Source: Escherichia coli (GTDB lineage Bacteria; Pseudomonadota; Gammaproteobacteria; Enterobacterales; Enterobacteriaceae). Taken from it: a DNA stretch of 64,000 nt. Below the pieces are notes generated by a model. The model did no database searches. It was not told where the DNA came from and saw nothing but the letters and a program-made list of their open reading frames with translations. Where the stretch lies: assembly GCF_003334355.1 (NCBI RefSeq), contig NZ_QOWP01000005.1; one strand, given 5' to 3'. Every line of letters starts with the position of its first letter. Within the stretch, counting starts at the first letter, position 1. This document shows positions 44,356-57,023 of this stretch, piece by piece. Position numbers and translations under genes: made by a program.

Positions 44356-46060
44356 TTCATCGTCAAATCGTGGCGAAGCGATTCTCGCCGCCCTGAAAAC
44401 GCAGTTCCCCGGCGCGGTGCTGGATGAAGAGCGACAAACGCCTGAACAGGTCACCATTACGGTGAAAATCAATCTGCTGCCTGACGTTGTACATTATCTT
44501 TATTATCAACATGATGGCTGGCTTCCGGTCCTGTTTGGCAACGACGAGCGGACACTTAACGGTCATTACGCGGTTTATTATGCCCTTTCTATGGAAGGGG
44601 CCGAAAAATGCTGGATCGTAGTGAAGGCACTGGTCGATGCCGACAGTCGGGAGTTTCCGTCAGTCACACCGCGCGTCCCTGCCGCGGTCTGGGGCGAGCG
44701 AGAAATTCGCGATATGTACGGGCTGATTCCGGTTGGCCTGCCGGATCAGCGTCGCCTGGTGTTGCCCGATGACTGGCCGGAAGATATGCATCCGCTGCGC
44801 AAAGATGCGATGGATTATCGACTGCGCCCTGAACCGACGACTGATTCCGAAACGTATCCGTTTATCAATGAGGGCAACAGCGATGCGCAGGTGATCCCTG
44901 TCGGCCCGCTGCATATCACCTCCGATGAACCGGGTCACTTCCGCTTGTTTGTGGATGGCGAGCAAATTGTCGATGCTGATTACCGCCTGTTTTATGTCCA
45001 TCGCGGCATGGAGAAACTGGCAGAAACGCGGATGGGCTACAACGAAGTGACCTTCTTATCAGACCGCGTGTGTGGGATTTGCGGTTTTGCCCACAGTGTG
45101 GCCTATACCAACTCGGTTGAAAATGCACTGGGGATTGAGGTGCCGCAACGAGCGCATACCATTCGCTCGATTCTGCTGGAAGTCGAACGGCTACACAGTC
45201 ATTTGCTCAACCTTGGCCTCTCCTGCCATTTTGTTGGTTTTGATACCGGCTTTATGCAATTTTTCCGCGTGCGGGAAAAGTCGATGACGATGGCGGAATT
45301 GCTGACCGGGTCGCGTAAAACCTACGGTCTGAATCTGATTGGTGGTGTTCGCCGCGATATTCTCAAAGAGCAACGTCTGCAAACGCTGAAACTGGTGCGC
45401 GAGATGCGCGCCGACGTGTCGGAGCTGGTAGAGATGCTGCTTGCTACGCCGAATATGGAACAACGCACTCAGGGCATTGGCATTCTCGACCGACAAATCG
45501 CCCGTGATTATAGCCCTGTAGGGCCGCTGATCCGCGGCAGTGGTTTTGCCCGTGATTTGCGCTTTGATCACCCCTACGCCGACTACGGCAATATTCCAAA
45601 AACACTGTTTACCTTCACCGGCGGCGATGTTTTCTCCCGCGTGATGGTCCGTGTCAAAGAGACGTTTGATTCGCTGGCAATGCTGGAATTTGCCCTCGAC
45701 AACATGCCGGATACCCCGCTGCTGACCGAAGGCTTTAGCTATAAACCTCACGCATTCGCGCTGGGCTTTGTTGAAGCGCCACGCGGTGAAGACGTGCACT
45801 GGAGCATGCTCGGTGATAACCAAAAATTGTTCCGCTGGCGCTGTCGTGCCGCCACCTACGCCAACTGGCCAGTGCTGCGTTACATGCTACGCGGCAATAC
45901 CGTTTCTGACGCACCGCTGATTATCGGTAGCCTTGATCCCTGCTACTCCTGTACCGACCGTGTGACGCTGGTAGATGTGCGCAAGCGCCAGTCAAAAACC
46001 GTGCCGTATAAAGAGATCGAACGCTACGGCATTGATCGTAACCGTTCGCCGCTGAAGTAA
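44345..46060 (+). CDS. hyfG: hydrogenase-4 large (catalytic [NiFe]) subunit HyfG
   Basis: Track ORF 44300..46060; start placed at GTG preceded by GGAG ([11 protein letters not shown]); exact start uncertain; C-terminal DPCYSCTDR NiFe-ligand motif. Confidence 0.85.
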   Translation: MNVNSSSNRGEAILAALKTQFPGAVLDEERQTPEQVTITVKINLLPDVVHYLYYQHDGWLPVLFGNDERTLNGHYAVYYALSMEGAEKCWIVVKALVDADSREFPSVTPRVPAAVWGEREIRDMYGLIPVGLPDQRRLVLPDDWPEDMHPLRKDAMDYRLRPEPTTDSETYPFINEGNSDAQVIPVGPLHITSDEPGHFRLFVDGEQIVDADYRLFYVHRGMEKLAETRMGYNEVTFLSDRVCGICGFAHSVAYTNSVENALGIEVPQRAHTIRSILLEVERLHSHLLNLGLSCHFVGFDTGFMQFFRVREKSMTMAELLTGSRKTYGLNLIGGVRRDILKEQRLQTLKLVREMRADVSELVEMLLATPNMEQRTQGIGILDRQIARDYSPVGPLIRGSGFARDLRFDHPYADYGNIPKTLFTFTGGDVFSRVMVRVKETFDSLAMLEFALDNMPDTPLLTEGFSYKPHAFALGFVEAPRGEDVHWSMLGDNQKLFRWRCRAATYANWPVLRYMLRGNTVSDAPLIIGSLDPCYSCTDRVTLVDVRKRQSKTVPYKEIERYGIDRNRSPLK

Positions 46061-46069
46061 GGACAGAAG

Positions 46070-46615
46070 ATGCTGAAGTTACTGAAAACTATTATGCGCG
46101 CCGGAACCGCGACGGTGAAATATCCCTTCGCGCCACTGGAGGTCAGCCCAGGCTTTCGCGGGAAACCGGACCTGATGCCCAGCCAATGTATTGCCTGCGG
46201 TGCCTGCGCCTGTGCTTGTCCGGCAAATGCGCTGACTATCCAGACCGACGACCAGCAAAATTCGCGCACCTGGCAGCTCTATCTGGGGCGTTGTATTTAC
46301 TGCGGACGTTGTGAAGAAGTGTGCCCGACCAGAGCCATCCAGCTTACCAATAACTTTGAACTGACCGTCACCAATAAAGCCGATCTCTATACCCGCGCGA
46401 CGTTCCATCTACAACGTTGCAGCCGTTGCGAACGCCCGTTTGCCCCGCAAAAAACCGTCGCACTGGCTGCTGAATTGTTGGCACAGCAACAAAATGCGCC
46501 ACAAAACCGCGAAATGTTGCGGGCGCAAGCGAGCGTCTGCCCGGAGTGCAAACAACGCGCGACGCTGATCAACGACGATACAGATGTACCGCTGGTGGCT
46601 AAGGAGCAGCTATGA
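46070..46615 (+). CDS. hyfH: hydrogenase-4 Fe-S subunit HyfH
   Basis: 181-aa ORF with two CxxCxxCxxxCP motifs. Confidence 0.92.
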   Translation: MLKLLKTIMRAGTATVKYPFAPLEVSPGFRGKPDLMPSQCIACGACACACPANALTIQTDDQQNSRTWQLYLGRCIYCGRCEEVCPTRAIQLTNNFELTVTNKADLYTRATFHLQRCSRCERPFAPQKTVALAAELLAQQQNAPQNREMLRAQASVCPECKQRATLINDDTDVPLVAKEQL

Positions 46616-47370
46616 GTCCAGTGCTTACACAACATGTCAGCCAGCCCATCACGCTGGATGAGCAAACGCAAAAGATGAAGCGGCATTTGCTACAGGATAT
46701 CCGTCGCTCGGCTTACGTTTATCGCGTCGATTGCGGCGGCTGCAACGCCTGTGAAATCGAAATTTTTGCCGCCATCACACCCGTATTCGACGCAGAACGT
46801 TTTGGCATTAAGGTTGTTTCATCACCGCGTCACGCCGATATTTTGTTATTTACTGGCGCAGTCACCCGGGCGATGCGTATGCCTGCACTTCGGGCGTATG
46901 AGTCTGCCCCCGATCATAAAATTTGTGTTTCCTACGGCGCGTGCGGTGTCGGCGGCGGTATTTTCCACGATCTCTACAGCGTCTGGGGCGGTAGCGACAC
47001 CATTGTCCCCATTGATGTTTGGATCCCCGGCAGCCCGCCAACACCGGCCGCCACCATTCACGGTTTCGCCGTGGCGCTCGGTTTGCTGCAACGGAAGATT
47101 CACGCGGTGGATTATCGCGATCCCACCGGGGTGACTATGCAACCGTTGTGGCCGCAGATCCCGCCATCACAGCGTATCGCCATTGAGCGAGAAGCGCGGC
47201 GGCTGGCGGGCTATCGTCAGGGGCGAGAAATTTGCGATCGGCTCCTGCGCCATTTAAGCGACGATCCTACAGGAAATCGGGTTAACACCTGGTTGCGCGA
47301 TGCCGACGATCCACGTCTCAATAGTATCGTTCAGCAACTCTTTCGCGTACTCCGGGGGTTACATGACTGA
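46612..47370 (+). CDS. hyfI: hydrogenase-4 small subunit HyfI (NuoB-like)
   Basis: 252-aa ORF; CGGCNAC motif. Confidence 0.92.
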   Translation: MSPVLTQHVSQPITLDEQTQKMKRHLLQDIRRSAYVYRVDCGGCNACEIEIFAAITPVFDAERFGIKVVSSPRHADILLFTGAVTRAMRMPALRAYESAPDHKICVSYGACGVGGGIFHDLYSVWGGSDTIVPIDVWIPGSPPTPAATIHGFAVALGLLQRKIHAVDYRDPTGVTMQPLWPQIPPSQRIAIEREARRLAGYRQGREICDRLLRHLSDDPTGNRVNTWLRDADDPRLNSIVQQLFRVLRGLHD

Positions 47371-47776
47371 AGAGTGCGGGGAAATTGTTTTCTGGACGCT
47401 GCGAAAAAAGTTTGTCGCCAGTAGCGACGAGATGCCGGAACACAGCTCTCAGGTAATGTATTACTCGCTGGCTATCGGTCATCACGTTGGCGTGATTGAT
47501 TGTCTGAATGTCGCCTTCCCCTGCCCACTGACGGAATACGAAGATTGGCTTGCACTGGTCGAAGAGGAGCAAGCCCGACGTAAGATGCTGGGGGTGATGA
47601 CTTTTGGTGAGATTGTTATTGACGCCAGCCACACCGCCTTGTTGACCCGGGCATTCGCGCCACTGGCGGATGACGCGACGTCTGTGTGGCAGGCGCGTAG
47701 CATTCAATTCATTCATCTGTTGGATGAAATTGTGCAGGAACCGGCCATCTATCTGATGGCCAGAAAAATTACGTGA
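47363..47776 (+). CDS. hyfJ: hydrogenase-4 component HyfJ (HycH-like maturation/processing protein)
   Basis: ORF track trimmed to [11 protein letters not shown] (137 aa); overlaps hyfI stop. Confidence 0.88.
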   Translation: MTEECGEIVFWTLRKKFVASSDEMPEHSSQVMYYSLAIGHHVGVIDCLNVAFPCPLTEYEDWLALVEEEQARRKMLGVMTFGEIVIDASHTALLTRAFAPLADDATSVWQARSIQFIHLLDEIVQEPAIYLMARKIT

Positions 47777-47805
47777 GAAGGATTTCTCATTAATAAGGAC
47801 TGTTG

Positions 47806-49818
47806 ATGGCTATGTCAGACGAGGCGATGTTTGCCCCGCCGCAAGGAATAACAATTGAAGCGGTAAACGGAATGCTCGCGGAGCGGTTAGCGCAGAAACA
47901 CGGTAAGGCGTCTTTATTACGCGCCTTCATCCCGCTGCCGCCGCCGTTCAGCCCGGTACAACTTATTGAACTGCATGTTCTCAAAAGCAACTTCTATTAC
48001 CGCTACCATGATGATGGCAGCGATGTGACGGCAACAACAGAGTATCAGGGCGAGATGGTCGATTATTCGCGTCACGCCGTCCTTCTCGGCAGTAGTGGAA
48101 TGGCGGAGCTACGCTTTATTCGCACCCACGGCAGTCGTTTTACTCCCCAGGATTGCACACTGTTTAACTGGCTGGCGCGGATAATCACCCCGGTTCTGCA
48201 ATCATGGCTCAATGATGAAGAACAGCAGGTGGCGCTGCGTTTGCTGGAGAAAGATCGCGATCATCATCGGGTACTGGTTGATATTACTAATGCAGTGCTG
48301 TCACATCTTGATCTCGACGATCTGATCGCTGACGTCGCTCGTGAGATCCATCATTTTTTCGGTCTGGCTTCAGTCAGTATGGTACTGGGCGATCATCGAA
48401 AGAACGAGAAGTTTAGCCTGTGGTGCAGCGATCTTTCTGCCTCACATTGTGCGTGTCTGCCACGCAATATGCCTGGCGACAGTGTATTGCTGACACAAAC
48501 GCTACAAACCCGACAACCGACCTTGACGCACCGTGCAGACGATCTGTTTCTCTGGCAACGCGACCCGTTATTACTCTTACTTGCATCTAACGGCTGCGAA
48601 TCTGCGCTCCTTATACCGCTTACCTTTGGCAACCATACACCGGGTGCATTGTTGCTGGCGCATACCTCTTCCACTCTCTTTAGTGAGGAAAACTGCCAGC
48701 TACTACAACACATAGCCGATCGCATCGCTATTGCCGTTGGCAATGCCGATGCCTGGCGTAGCATGACCGATTTGCAGGAAAGTTTGCAGCAAGAAAACCA
48801 CCAGCTTAGCGAGCAGCTCCTTTCGAATCTGGGCGTCGGTGACATTATCTATCAAAGCCAGGCAATGGAAGACCTGCTCCAGCAGGTAGATATTGTGGCG
48901 AAGAGCGACAGTACAGTGTTGATTTGTGGTGAAACCGGAACCGGCAAAGAGGTGATCGCCAGAGCGATCCATCAACTTAGCCCGCGACACGACAAGCCGC
49001 TGGTCAAAATCAACTGCGCTGCCATCCCCGCCAGTCTTCTGGAAAGTGAGTTATTCGGTCATGACAAAGGGGCGTTTACTGGTGCGATTAATACCCATCG
49101 TGGTCGTTTTGAAATTGCCGATGGCGGCACGTTGTTTCTCGATGAAATTGGCGATCTGCCGTTAGAACTTCAGCCTAAACTGCTGCGCGTATTGCAGGAA
49201 CGGGAGATTGAGCGTCTCGGCGGGAGTAGAACGATCCCGGTGAATGTCAGAGTCATTGCCGCCACCAACCGTGATTTGTGGCAAATGGTTGAAGATCGCC
49301 AGTTTCGCAGCGATCTCTTTTATCGCCTGAATGTCTTCCCACTGGAATTGCCGCCGCTACGCGACCGTCCGGAAGATATCCCTCTTTTAGCAAAGCATTT
49401 CACGCAAAAAATGGCGCGCCATATGAATCGTTCAATTGACGCCATCCCGACCGAGGCGCTACGCCAGTTGATGTCGTGGGACTGGCCGGGCAACGTGCGC
49501 GAGCTGGAAAACGTGATTGAGCGAGCGGTACTGCTGACTCGCGGTAACAGTCTGAATTTACATCTTAATGTCCGACAAAGCCGTTTACTGCCGACGCTAA
49601 ATGAAGATTCAGCGCTTCGCAGTTCAATGGCGCAGTTGCTGCACCCGACGACGCCAGAGAATGACGAAGAAGAACGTCAGCGCATTGTTCAGGTATTGCG
49701 AGAAACCAATGGCATTGTTGCCGGGCCCCGTGGCGCGGCGACACGATTAGGGATGAAGCGCACCACGCTGCTGTCACGAATGCAGCGTCTGGGGATCTCG
49801 GTTCGCGAGGTGTTGTAA
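47806..49818 (+). CDS. hyfR: sigma-54-dependent transcriptional activator HyfR (FhlA-like)
   Basis: ORF with GAF-like N-terminus, AAA+ domain ([14 protein letters not shown]) and C-terminal HTH. Confidence 0.92.
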   Translation: MAMSDEAMFAPPQGITIEAVNGMLAERLAQKHGKASLLRAFIPLPPPFSPVQLIELHVLKSNFYYRYHDDGSDVTATTEYQGEMVDYSRHAVLLGSSGMAELRFIRTHGSRFTPQDCTLFNWLARIITPVLQSWLNDEEQQVALRLLEKDRDHHRVLVDITNAVLSHLDLDDLIADVAREIHHFFGLASVSMVLGDHRKNEKFSLWCSDLSASHCACLPRNMPGDSVLLTQTLQTRQPTLTHRADDLFLWQRDPLLLLLASNGCESALLIPLTFGNHTPGALLLAHTSSTLFSEENCQLLQHIADRIAIAVGNADAWRSMTDLQESLQQENHQLSEQLLSNLGVGDIIYQSQAMEDLLQQVDIVAKSDSTVLICGETGTGKEVIARAIHQLSPRHDKPLVKINCAAIPASLLESELFGHDKGAFTGAINTHRGRFEIADGGTLFLDEIGDLPLELQPKLLRVLQEREIERLGGSRTIPVNVRVIAATNRDLWQMVEDRQFRSDLFYRLNVFPLELPPLRDRPEDIPLLAKHFTQKMARHMNRSIDAIPTEALRQLMSWDWPGNVRELENVIERAVLLTRGNSLNLHLNVRQSRLLPTLNEDSALRSSMAQLLHPTTPENDEEERQRIVQVLRETNGIVAGPRGAATRLGMKRTTLLSRMQRLGISVREVL

Positions 49819-49839
49819 TCTGCTTTTGCAGGAGTATGC

Positions 49840-50688
49840 ATGAGCAACAAACTCTCTTTCGACTTGCAGTTGAGCGCCAGAAAAGCGGCAATCGCTGAAC
49901 GGATTGCCGCCCATAAAATTGCCCGCAGTAAAGTGTCGGTCTTTTTAATGGCGATGTCCGCTGGCGTGTTTATGGCGATCGGATTTACTTTTTACCTTTC
50001 CGTTATCGCCGATGCCCCGTCTTCACAGGCATTAACCCATCTGGTGGGCGGCCTTTGCTTTACACTCGGCTTTATTTTGCTGGCGGTTTGCGGCACCAGC
50101 CTGTTCACCTCGTCGGTAATGACGGTGATGGCAAAAAGTCGGGGCGTTATTAGTTGGCGAACTTGGCTGATTAACGCACTTCTGGTGGCCTGCGGTAATC
50201 TGGCAGGTATTGCCTGTTTCAGTTTGTTAATCTGGTTTTCCGGGCTGGTGATGAGTGAAAACGCGATGTGGGGAGTCGCGGTTTTACACTGCGCCGAGGG
50301 CAAAATGCATCATACATTTACTGAATCTGTCAGCCTCGGCATTATGTGCAATCTGATGGTTTGCCTGGCGCTTTGGATGAGTTATTGCGGGCGTTCGTTA
50401 TGCGACAAAATCGTCGCCATGATTTTGCCCATCACCCTGTTTGTCGCCAGTGGCTTTGAGCACTGTATCGCCAATTTGTTTGTGATTCCGTTCGCCATTG
50501 CCATTCGCCATTTCGCCCCTCCCCCCTTCTGGCAACTGGCGCACAGTAGCGCAGACAATTTTCCGGCACTGACGGTAAGCCATTTTATTACCGCCAATCT
50601 GCTCCCGGTGATGCTGGGTAATATTATCGGCGGTGCAGTGCTGGTGAGTATGTGTTATCGGGCTATTTATTTACGTCAGGAATCCTGA
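49840..50688 (+). CDS. focB: formate channel FocB (FNT family)
   Basis: 282-aa polytopic ORF. Confidence 0.92.
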   Translation: MSNKLSFDLQLSARKAAIAERIAAHKIARSKVSVFLMAMSAGVFMAIGFTFYLSVIADAPSSQALTHLVGGLCFTLGFILLAVCGTSLFTSSVMTVMAKSRGVISWRTWLINALLVACGNLAGIACFSLLIWFSGLVMSENAMWGVAVLHCAEGKMHHTFTESVSLGIMCNLMVCLALWMSYCGRSLCDKIVAMILPITLFVASGFEHCIANLFVIPFAIAIRHFAPPPFWQLAHSSADNFPALTVSHFITANLLPVMLGNIIGGAVLVSMCYRAIYLRQES

Positions 50689-50694
50689 AAAATC

Positions 50695-50720
50695 AGCCCG
50701 GCGAAACAGTTCGTCGGGCT
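50695..50720. terminator. bidirectional terminator hairpin between convergent focB and perM
   Basis: AGCCCGGCGAAACAGTTCGTCGGGCT stem-loop read directly between the two stop codons. Confidence 0.7.
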
Positions 50721-50725
50721 GAAGA

Positions 50726-51787
50726 TTATTCTTGCGCTATTTGCCCATCGGGCCAGGCGTGGATCACGGCTTTGATCAGGGTCGCCAATGGAATGGCGAA
50801 GAATACGCCCCAGAATCCCCACAAACCACCGAAGATCACCACCGATAAAATAATCACCAGCGGATGCAGGTTAACCGCTTCGGAGAACAACACCGGTACT
50901 AACAGGTTGCCGTCCAGCGCCTGAATAATCAGATACACTGCGAAGCAGCTCCAGAATTCCGTGCCTGCACCAAACTGGAATAGCGCCACGCCAACCACCG
51001 GAATGGTCACCACAAATGCGCCAATGTACGGAATAAGTACCGAGAAGCCGACCAGCACCGCCAGCAGCAGCGAATAGTTCAGCCCAAAGAGCAAGAACCC
51101 CAGCCAGGTGGCGATCCCCACCACGATCATCTCCAGCACTTTGCCGCGGATATAGTTGGTGATTTGTTGATTCATCTCCTTCCACACCTGTCCTGCCAGT
51201 CCACGGTTGCGCGGCAGCACCCGACGAACGGCGTTCAGCATCTGCTCTTTGTCTTTCAGCAGGAAGAAGACCATCAATGGCACCAGCACCAGATAGACGG
51301 CTATGGTCAGCAAACCGACCAGCGAGGCGAGGGAAATTTTCACCACCGAATCGCCCATGGTCAGCATCCGACTGCGCATATTTTCGGCCATTGCATCAAT
51401 AATGCCCGCATCCATTAACGCCGGATAGCGGCGCGGCAACGTGGCGGCAAAGTCAGAAAGCTTATTGAGCATCCCCGGCATATCGCGGATTAAGTAGATG
51501 CCCTGTTGCCAGGCGATAGGCAGTACCACGAACGCCATCAGTAGCAATATACCGACGAAAACCACCAATACAATCGACGTCGCCCAGCGGCGGGAGCAGC
51601 CAATAGATTGCAGGCGCACGGTTGGCCATTCCAGCAAATAGGCCAGCACAATAGCCACCAGCAACGGAGCAAGCAGGCCACTAAAGAAAAAGATAATGCC
51701 AAATCCGGCAACTAAAATAACCAGCAAGGCAATCGCTTCCGGGTCGCTAAAACGGCGGCGATACCATTGCATCAACATTTCGAGCAT
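50726..51787 (-). CDS. perM: AI-2E family membrane transporter PerM (YfgO)
   Basis: 353-aa polytopic ORF. Confidence 0.9.
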   Translation of the reverse strand: MLEMLMQWYRRRFSDPEAIALLVILVAGFGIIFFFSGLLAPLLVAIVLAYLLEWPTVRLQSIGCSRRWATSIVLVVFVGILLLMAFVVLPIAWQQGIYLIRDMPGMLNKLSDFAATLPRRYPALMDAGIIDAMAENMRSRMLTMGDSVVKISLASLVGLLTIAVYLVLVPLMVFFLLKDKEQMLNAVRRVLPRNRGLAGQVWKEMNQQITNYIRGKVLEMIVVGIATWLGFLLFGLNYSLLLAVLVGFSVLIPYIGAFVVTIPVVGVALFQFGAGTEFWSCFAVYLIIQALDGNLLVPVLFSEAVNLHPLVIILSVVIFGGLWGFWGVFFAIPLATLIKAVIHAWPDGQIAQE

Positions 51788-51999
51788 AAAGACCTTCCCT
51801 GAACCTCAAGAGCGGGATTGCGATCAGCAATTGTATCGAAATGTCACAAAAAAGACTTCGCTTTTTATGACGGATTCAGGAAACTGAAAAGTCATTTGAG
51901 TGGGCTAATCTTCGCCGTTACACTCAAAGGCGGCGCGGTGGGAACGATATTTCACAGTATCGGTCAAATGACTATCTTCAGAAATACAGGATAGAGGTT

Positions 52000-53463
52000 A
52001 TGTTCAGGCAGTTGAAAAAAAACCTGGTTGCAACCCTCATTGCTGCTATGACCATTGGTCAGGTAGCCCCGGCGTTTGCCGACAGCGCAGACACCTTGCC
52101 GGATATGGGAACCTCCGCAGGAAGCACGCTTTCCATTGGTCAGGAAATGCAGATGGGCGACTATTATGTCCGCCAGCTACGCGGCAGCGCGCCGTTAATT
52201 AATGACCCGCTGTTAACGCAATATATTAATTCGCTGGGGATGCGTCTGGTTTCGCATGCCAATTCGGTTAAGACACCGTTTCATTTTTTTCTGATCAACA
52301 ACGACGAAATTAACGCCTTTGCTTTCTTTGGCGGCAACGTGGTGCTGCACTCTGCCCTGTTCCGTTATTCCGATAACGAAAGTCAACTGGCTTCAGTTAT
52401 GGCGCACGAAATCTCCCACGTCACCCAACGTCACCTGGCGCGAGCGATGGAAGATCAGCAGCGCAGCGCGCCGCTGACCTGGGTCGGCGCGTTAGGTTCT
52501 ATTTTACTGGCGATGGCCAGTCCGCAGGCGGGGATGGCGGCACTGACCGGTACACTGGCGGGAACGCGCCAGGGAATGATCAGCTTCACCCAGCAAAATG
52601 AACAGGAAGCGGACCGCATTGGTATTCAGGTGCTGCAACGCTCGGGATTCGATCCGCAGGCGATGCCAACCTTCCTCGAAAAATTACTCGATCAGGCGCG
52701 TTACTCCTCGCGCCCGCCGGAAATTTTATTGACTCACCCGTTGCCGGAAAGTCGTCTGGCAGATGCCCGCAACCGTGCTAATCAGATGCGCCCGATGGTG
52801 GTGCAGTCGTCGGAAGATTTCTATCTGGCGAAAGCGCGCACACTGGGGATGTATAATTCCGGACGTAACCAGCTCACCAGTGATTTGCTGGATGAATGGG
52901 CGAAAGGAAACGTTCGTCAGCAACGAGCAGCACAATATGGTCGTGCTTTACAGGCGATGGAAGCCAATAAATACGACGAGGCGCGTAAAACGCTGCAACC
53001 GTTACTGGCGGCAGAACCTGGCAACGCATGGTATCTCGATCTGGCTACTGATATCGATCTTGGGCAAAACAAAGCCAATGAGGCGATCAATCGTCTGAAA
53101 AATGCCCGCGATTTACGCACCAATCCGGTGTTGCAGCTCAACCTGGCGAACGCTTATCTGCAAGGCGGTCAACCACAAGAAGCGGCCAATATTCTGAATC
53201 GCTACACCTTTAATAATAAAGATGACAGCAACGGCTGGGATTTGCTGGCACAGGCGGAAGCCGCGCTAAATAACCGCGATCAGGAACTGGCTGCGCGAGC
53301 AGAAGGTTATGCGCTCGCCGGGCGACTCGATCAGGCCATTTCGCTGTTGAGTAGCGCCAGTTCGCAGGTGAAATTAGGCAGCCTGCAACAAGCGCGTTAC
53401 GATGCGCGCATCGACCAGTTGCGCCAGCTGCAGGAACGCTTTAAGCCTTATACCAAGATGTAA
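52000..53463 (+). CDS. bepA: periplasmic beta-barrel assembly-enhancing protease BepA (YfgC), M48 metallopeptidase with TPR region
   Basis: 487-aa ORF with signal peptide and HEISH zinc motif. Confidence 0.93.
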
Positions 53464-53483
53464 TTCGCATTAAAGGAAGAACA

Positions 53484-53843
53484 ATGACCAAACAGGTAAA
53501 AATCTACCATAACCCACGCTGTTCAAAGAGCCGGGAAACGCTGAACCTGCTGAAAGAAAACGGCGTGGAGCCAGAAGTGGTGCTCTACCTTGAGACACCC
53601 GCCGATGCGGCAACGCTGCGCGATTTGCTGAAAATGCTGGGGATGAATAGCGCCCGTGAATTGATGCGCCAGAAAGAGGATCTTTATAAAGAACTGAACC
53701 TGGCTGACAGTTCGCTTAGCGAAGAGGCGCTGATTCAGGCAATGGTGGATAATCCGAAGCTAATGGAGCGCCCGATTGTGGTCGCGAATGGCAAAGCGCG
53801 GATTGGTCGTCCACCGGAGCAGGTACTGGAAATCGTGGGTTAA
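53484..53843 (+). CDS. yfgD: ArsC-family arsenate-reductase-like protein YfgD
   Basis: 119-aa ORF MTKQVKIYHNPRCSKSRETL. Confidence 0.9.
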   Translation: MTKQVKIYHNPRCSKSRETLNLLKENGVEPEVVLYLETPADAATLRDLLKMLGMNSARELMRQKEDLYKELNLADSSLSEEALIQAMVDNPKLMERPIVVANGKARIGRPPEQVLEIVG

Positions 53844-53865
53844 GATGTGCTCCATCGCTAGTTGA

Positions 53866-53972
53866 AGCACATTGCCGGATGCGACGCTTGCCACGTCTTA
53901 TCCGGCCTACGAATACTATGGATTAACTTCGCGTAGTTCGGATAAGGCGTTCGCGCCGCATCCGACAATAAA
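53866..53972. repeat. REP pair (BIME) between yfgD and hda
   Basis: GCCGGATGCGACGCTTGCCACGTCTTATCCGGCCTAC and an inverted copy GTTCGGATAAGGCGTTCGCGCCGCATCCGAC. Confidence 0.85.
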
Positions 53973-53980
53973 CACCTTAT

Positions 53981-54682
53981 CTACAACTTCAGAATTTCTT
54001 TCACAAACGGAATGGTCAGCTTACGTTGCGCGGTAATCGACGCACGATCCAACTGATCCAACGTCATAAATAGCGTGCGCATTTCTCTGTCGAGCCGCTT
54101 CAGCAAGAAACGCCCCACATCTTCCGGCAGTTCAAAACCACGCAAACGCGCGCGTAACTGTAGCGCCTGCAACTTATCTTCATCAGAAAGTGGCTGCAAT
54201 TTGTAGATCTGCCCCCAGTCGAGTCGCGAAGCGAGATCCGGTAATCCCAGATTCAACTGCCGCGGTGGACGATCGCCGGTGATCAACAATCGTGTTTTGC
54301 CCGATTCCAGAATTCGATTGTAGAGATCGAAAATCGCCATCTCCCACAACTCATCGCCTGCAATACACTCAATATTGTCGATACAGACCAGCGACAAATG
54401 CTCCATACCGTCGAGCACTTCCGGAACAAACCAGGTGCGTTTATCCAGCGGGACATAGCCCACCGCATCGCCACGCTGCGACAATTCCGCGCAAGCCGCG
54501 TGCAGCAGATGGCTGCGCCCCGCGCCTTCGCGTGCCCAGAGATAGATGTAACCGCTATGTTCCTGACGCAGCACGTTTTGCAGCGCAGCCAGTAAAGAGG
54601 AGTTATCCCCCGGCCAGAAACTTGCAAAGGTTTCGTCGTCAGGAAGATAAAGTGGCAAAGAGAGCTGTGCCGGTGTGTTCAG
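53981..54682 (-). CDS. hda: DnaA-inactivating AAA+ protein Hda
   Basis: Track ORF 53981..54727 (248 aa); functional start taken as the CTG that gives [16 protein letters not shown] (233 aa), from my recollection of the published start revision. Confidence 0.85.
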
Positions 54683-54776
54683 AGATACCTCAACCAGGAT
54701 TTCACAAAATCGCGAGAAGTTTACCACAGAATCCCATGATGTTTGAACCGGGCAGCAACACTGCCCGGTCGGTACA

Positions 54777-56066
54777 TTATTTGTCTGTTATATCCGCGTC
54801 TTCTGCGTCCAGCACCACTTCTTCAGGGCGCAGCACACTAATCAGTTTGAAGATCAAACTTAAGCCGATACCGACGATGGTCGCCAGCGCCATACCTTTT
54901 AACTCCGCCGCGCCGATGTTTACCTTCGCGCCACTGACGCCGATGATCAAAATCACGGAAGTCAGGATCAGGTTCTGTGCTTTGTTGTAATCCACTTTCG
55001 ATTCGATCAAAACACGAATACCGGAAGCACCGATGACACCATAAAGCAGCAGCGAAACGCCGCCCATCACCGGCAATGGGATCATCTGGATAGCGGCAGC
55101 CAGTTTACCGACGCAGGAAAGCAGGATAGCGAAAATCGCCGCCCCGCCGATAACCCAGGTACTGTAAACACGGGTGATCGCCATCACGCCAATGTTTTCT
55201 CCGTAAGTGGTATTTGGCGTAGAGCCAAAGAAGCCGGAAATCACGGTCGACAAGCCATTAGCAAACATCGAACGGTGCAGACCTGGATCGCGCAGCAGAT
55301 CTTTTTTGACGATATTAGCCGTTACTACCAGGTGCCCTACGTGTTCGGCAATAACCACTAACGCCGCTGGCAGAATAGTCAGAATGGCAAACCACTCGAA
55401 GCGCGGCGTATAGAGGGTTGGCAGCGCAAACCAGTGAGCATTAATAATCGGCGTGGTATCGACAATTCCCATTGCGAAAGAGAGCGCGTAGCCCACCAGC
55501 ACGCCAATTAAAATCGGGATAATTGCCAGGAAACCACGAAACAGCACGGAACCTAAAACCGTGACCGCCAGGGTGGTAATAGAGATGATGATGGTTTTGG
55601 AGTCTGGCGTTTGCCCTTCAGCCGGGAGTAAACCCGCCATACCGGCAGCTACGCCCGCCAGCTCCAGACCGATGACGGCAACGATTGCGCCCATTGCCGC
55701 AGGTGGAAACAGCACGTCCAGCCAGCCGGTCCCCGCTTTCTTCACGATAAAAGAAACCAGGCAGAACAGCACGCCGCACATAATAAAGCCGCCCAGCGCG
55801 ACTTCATACCCTAACGGCAACAGTAACAATACCGGTGAAATAAAGGCAAAGCTGGAACCAAGATAAGCCGGAATTTTCCCTTTACAGATGAAGAGATACA
55901 GCAGCGTTCCAATACCGTTAAATAACAGTACAGTCGCCGGGTTAATATGAAATAAGACGGGCACCAGGACGGTTGCACCAAACATGGCGAACAAATGTTG
56001 CAAACTAAGCGGGATTGTCTGTAAAAGTGGCGGTCTTTCACTCACCCCGATAGCACGGCGCGTCAT
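54777..56066 (-). CDS. uraA: uracil:H+ symporter UraA
   Basis: ORF track trimmed to [16 protein letters not shown] (429 aa). Confidence 0.93.
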   Translation of the reverse strand: MTRRAIGVSERPPLLQTIPLSLQHLFAMFGATVLVPVLFHINPATVLLFNGIGTLLYLFICKGKIPAYLGSSFAFISPVLLLLPLGYEVALGGFIMCGVLFCLVSFIVKKAGTGWLDVLFPPAAMGAIVAVIGLELAGVAAGMAGLLPAEGQTPDSKTIIISITTLAVTVLGSVLFRGFLAIIPILIGVLVGYALSFAMGIVDTTPIINAHWFALPTLYTPRFEWFAILTILPAALVVIAEHVGHLVVTANIVKKDLLRDPGLHRSMFANGLSTVISGFFGSTPNTTYGENIGVMAITRVYSTWVIGGAAIFAILLSCVGKLAAAIQMIPLPVMGGVSLLLYGVIGASGIRVLIESKVDYNKAQNLILTSVILIIGVSGAKVNIGAAELKGMALATIVGIGLSLIFKLISVLRPEEVVLDAEDADITDK

Positions 56067-56109
56067 AGTATTATCCTCTGTATTATGTGTTATAGGCGCT
56101 TTACTCAAA

Positions 56110-56145
56110 AAAAAGCCGACTCTTAAAGTCGGCTTTAATTATTTT
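56110..56145 (-). terminator. upp-uraA intergenic hairpin with T-run (terminator/attenuator after upp)
   Basis: Minus strand AAGCCGACTTTAAGAGTCGGCTTTTTTTT read directly. Confidence 0.7.
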
Positions 56146-56151
56146 TATTCT

Positions 56152-56778
56152 TTATTTCGTACCAAAGATTTTGTCACCGGCATCGCCGAGGCCCGGAATA
56201 ATGTATCCGTGCTCGTTCAGTCCCTGATCAATCGATGCGGTATACAGTTCGACGTCCGGGTGCGCTTTTTCCAGCGCAGCGATACCTTCTGGCGCAGCGA
56301 CCAGCACCAGAACTTTGATGCTGCTGCAGCCCGCTTTTTTCAGCAGGTCGATGGTCGCGATAACGGAACCACCGGTTGCCAGCATTGGGTCAACGATCAG
56401 CGCCATACGCTCATCGATGTTAGAAACCAGTTTCTGGAAGTACGGTACCGGCTCCAGCGTTTCTTCATTACGGTACATACCGACAACGCTGATGCGCGCG
56501 CTCGGAACGTTTTCCAGCACACCGTCCATCATACCAAGACCCGCACGCAGAATTGGCACAACGGTAATTTTCTTACCTTTGATCTGGTCGATTTCTACCG
56601 GGCCGTTCCAGCCTTCGATAGTTACTTTTTCCGTTTCGAGGTCGGCGGTCGCTTCGTAAGTCAGCAGGCTACCCACTTCGGAAGCGAGTTCGCGAAAGCG
56701 CTTGGTGCTGATATCTTGCTCACGCATCAGTCCCAGCTTGTGTTTGACGAGTGGGTGTTTGACTTCCACGATCTTCAT
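56152..56778 (-). CDS. upp: uracil phosphoribosyltransferase Upp
   Basis: ORF track trimmed to [15 protein letters not shown] (208 aa). Confidence 0.95.
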
Positions 56779-56799
56779 ACTCTTTCTCCTTTGAGGGGC

Positions 56800-56826
56800 A
56801 GCCACAAAAAAAATCGACGGATTATA
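56800..56826 (-). promoter_or_regulatory. upp promoter -10 (TATAAT) and initially transcribed GATTTTTTTTG tract (UTP-sensitive start-site selection/reiterative transcription)
   Basis: Minus strand reads TATAATCCGTCGATTTTTTTTGTGGCTGCCCC, matching the described upp leader. Confidence 0.75.
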
Positions 56827-57023
56827 CCTCCTTTCTTCAAGGCGGCAATATTCTTTTCGTTGACTTTAGTCAAAATGATAACGGTTTGAGATAAAGTTAT
56901 TTTATATTCAAATGGTTACGAAAGAAGATTATTCCATCCGAAAACTAACCTTTACCCTGGTACAAGTCTTCTTTCGCCGCGCGCCTGGGCAAAAGACGTG
57001 CAAAAAGGTTGTGTAAAGCAGTC

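Noticed and set aside
56858-56871. Palindrome TTGACTTTAGTCAA in the upp-purM intergenic region as a regulator binding site
   Set aside because: It is short and AT-rich, overlaps the likely -35 region of the upp promoter, and could arise by chance; no known motif match that I can assert.
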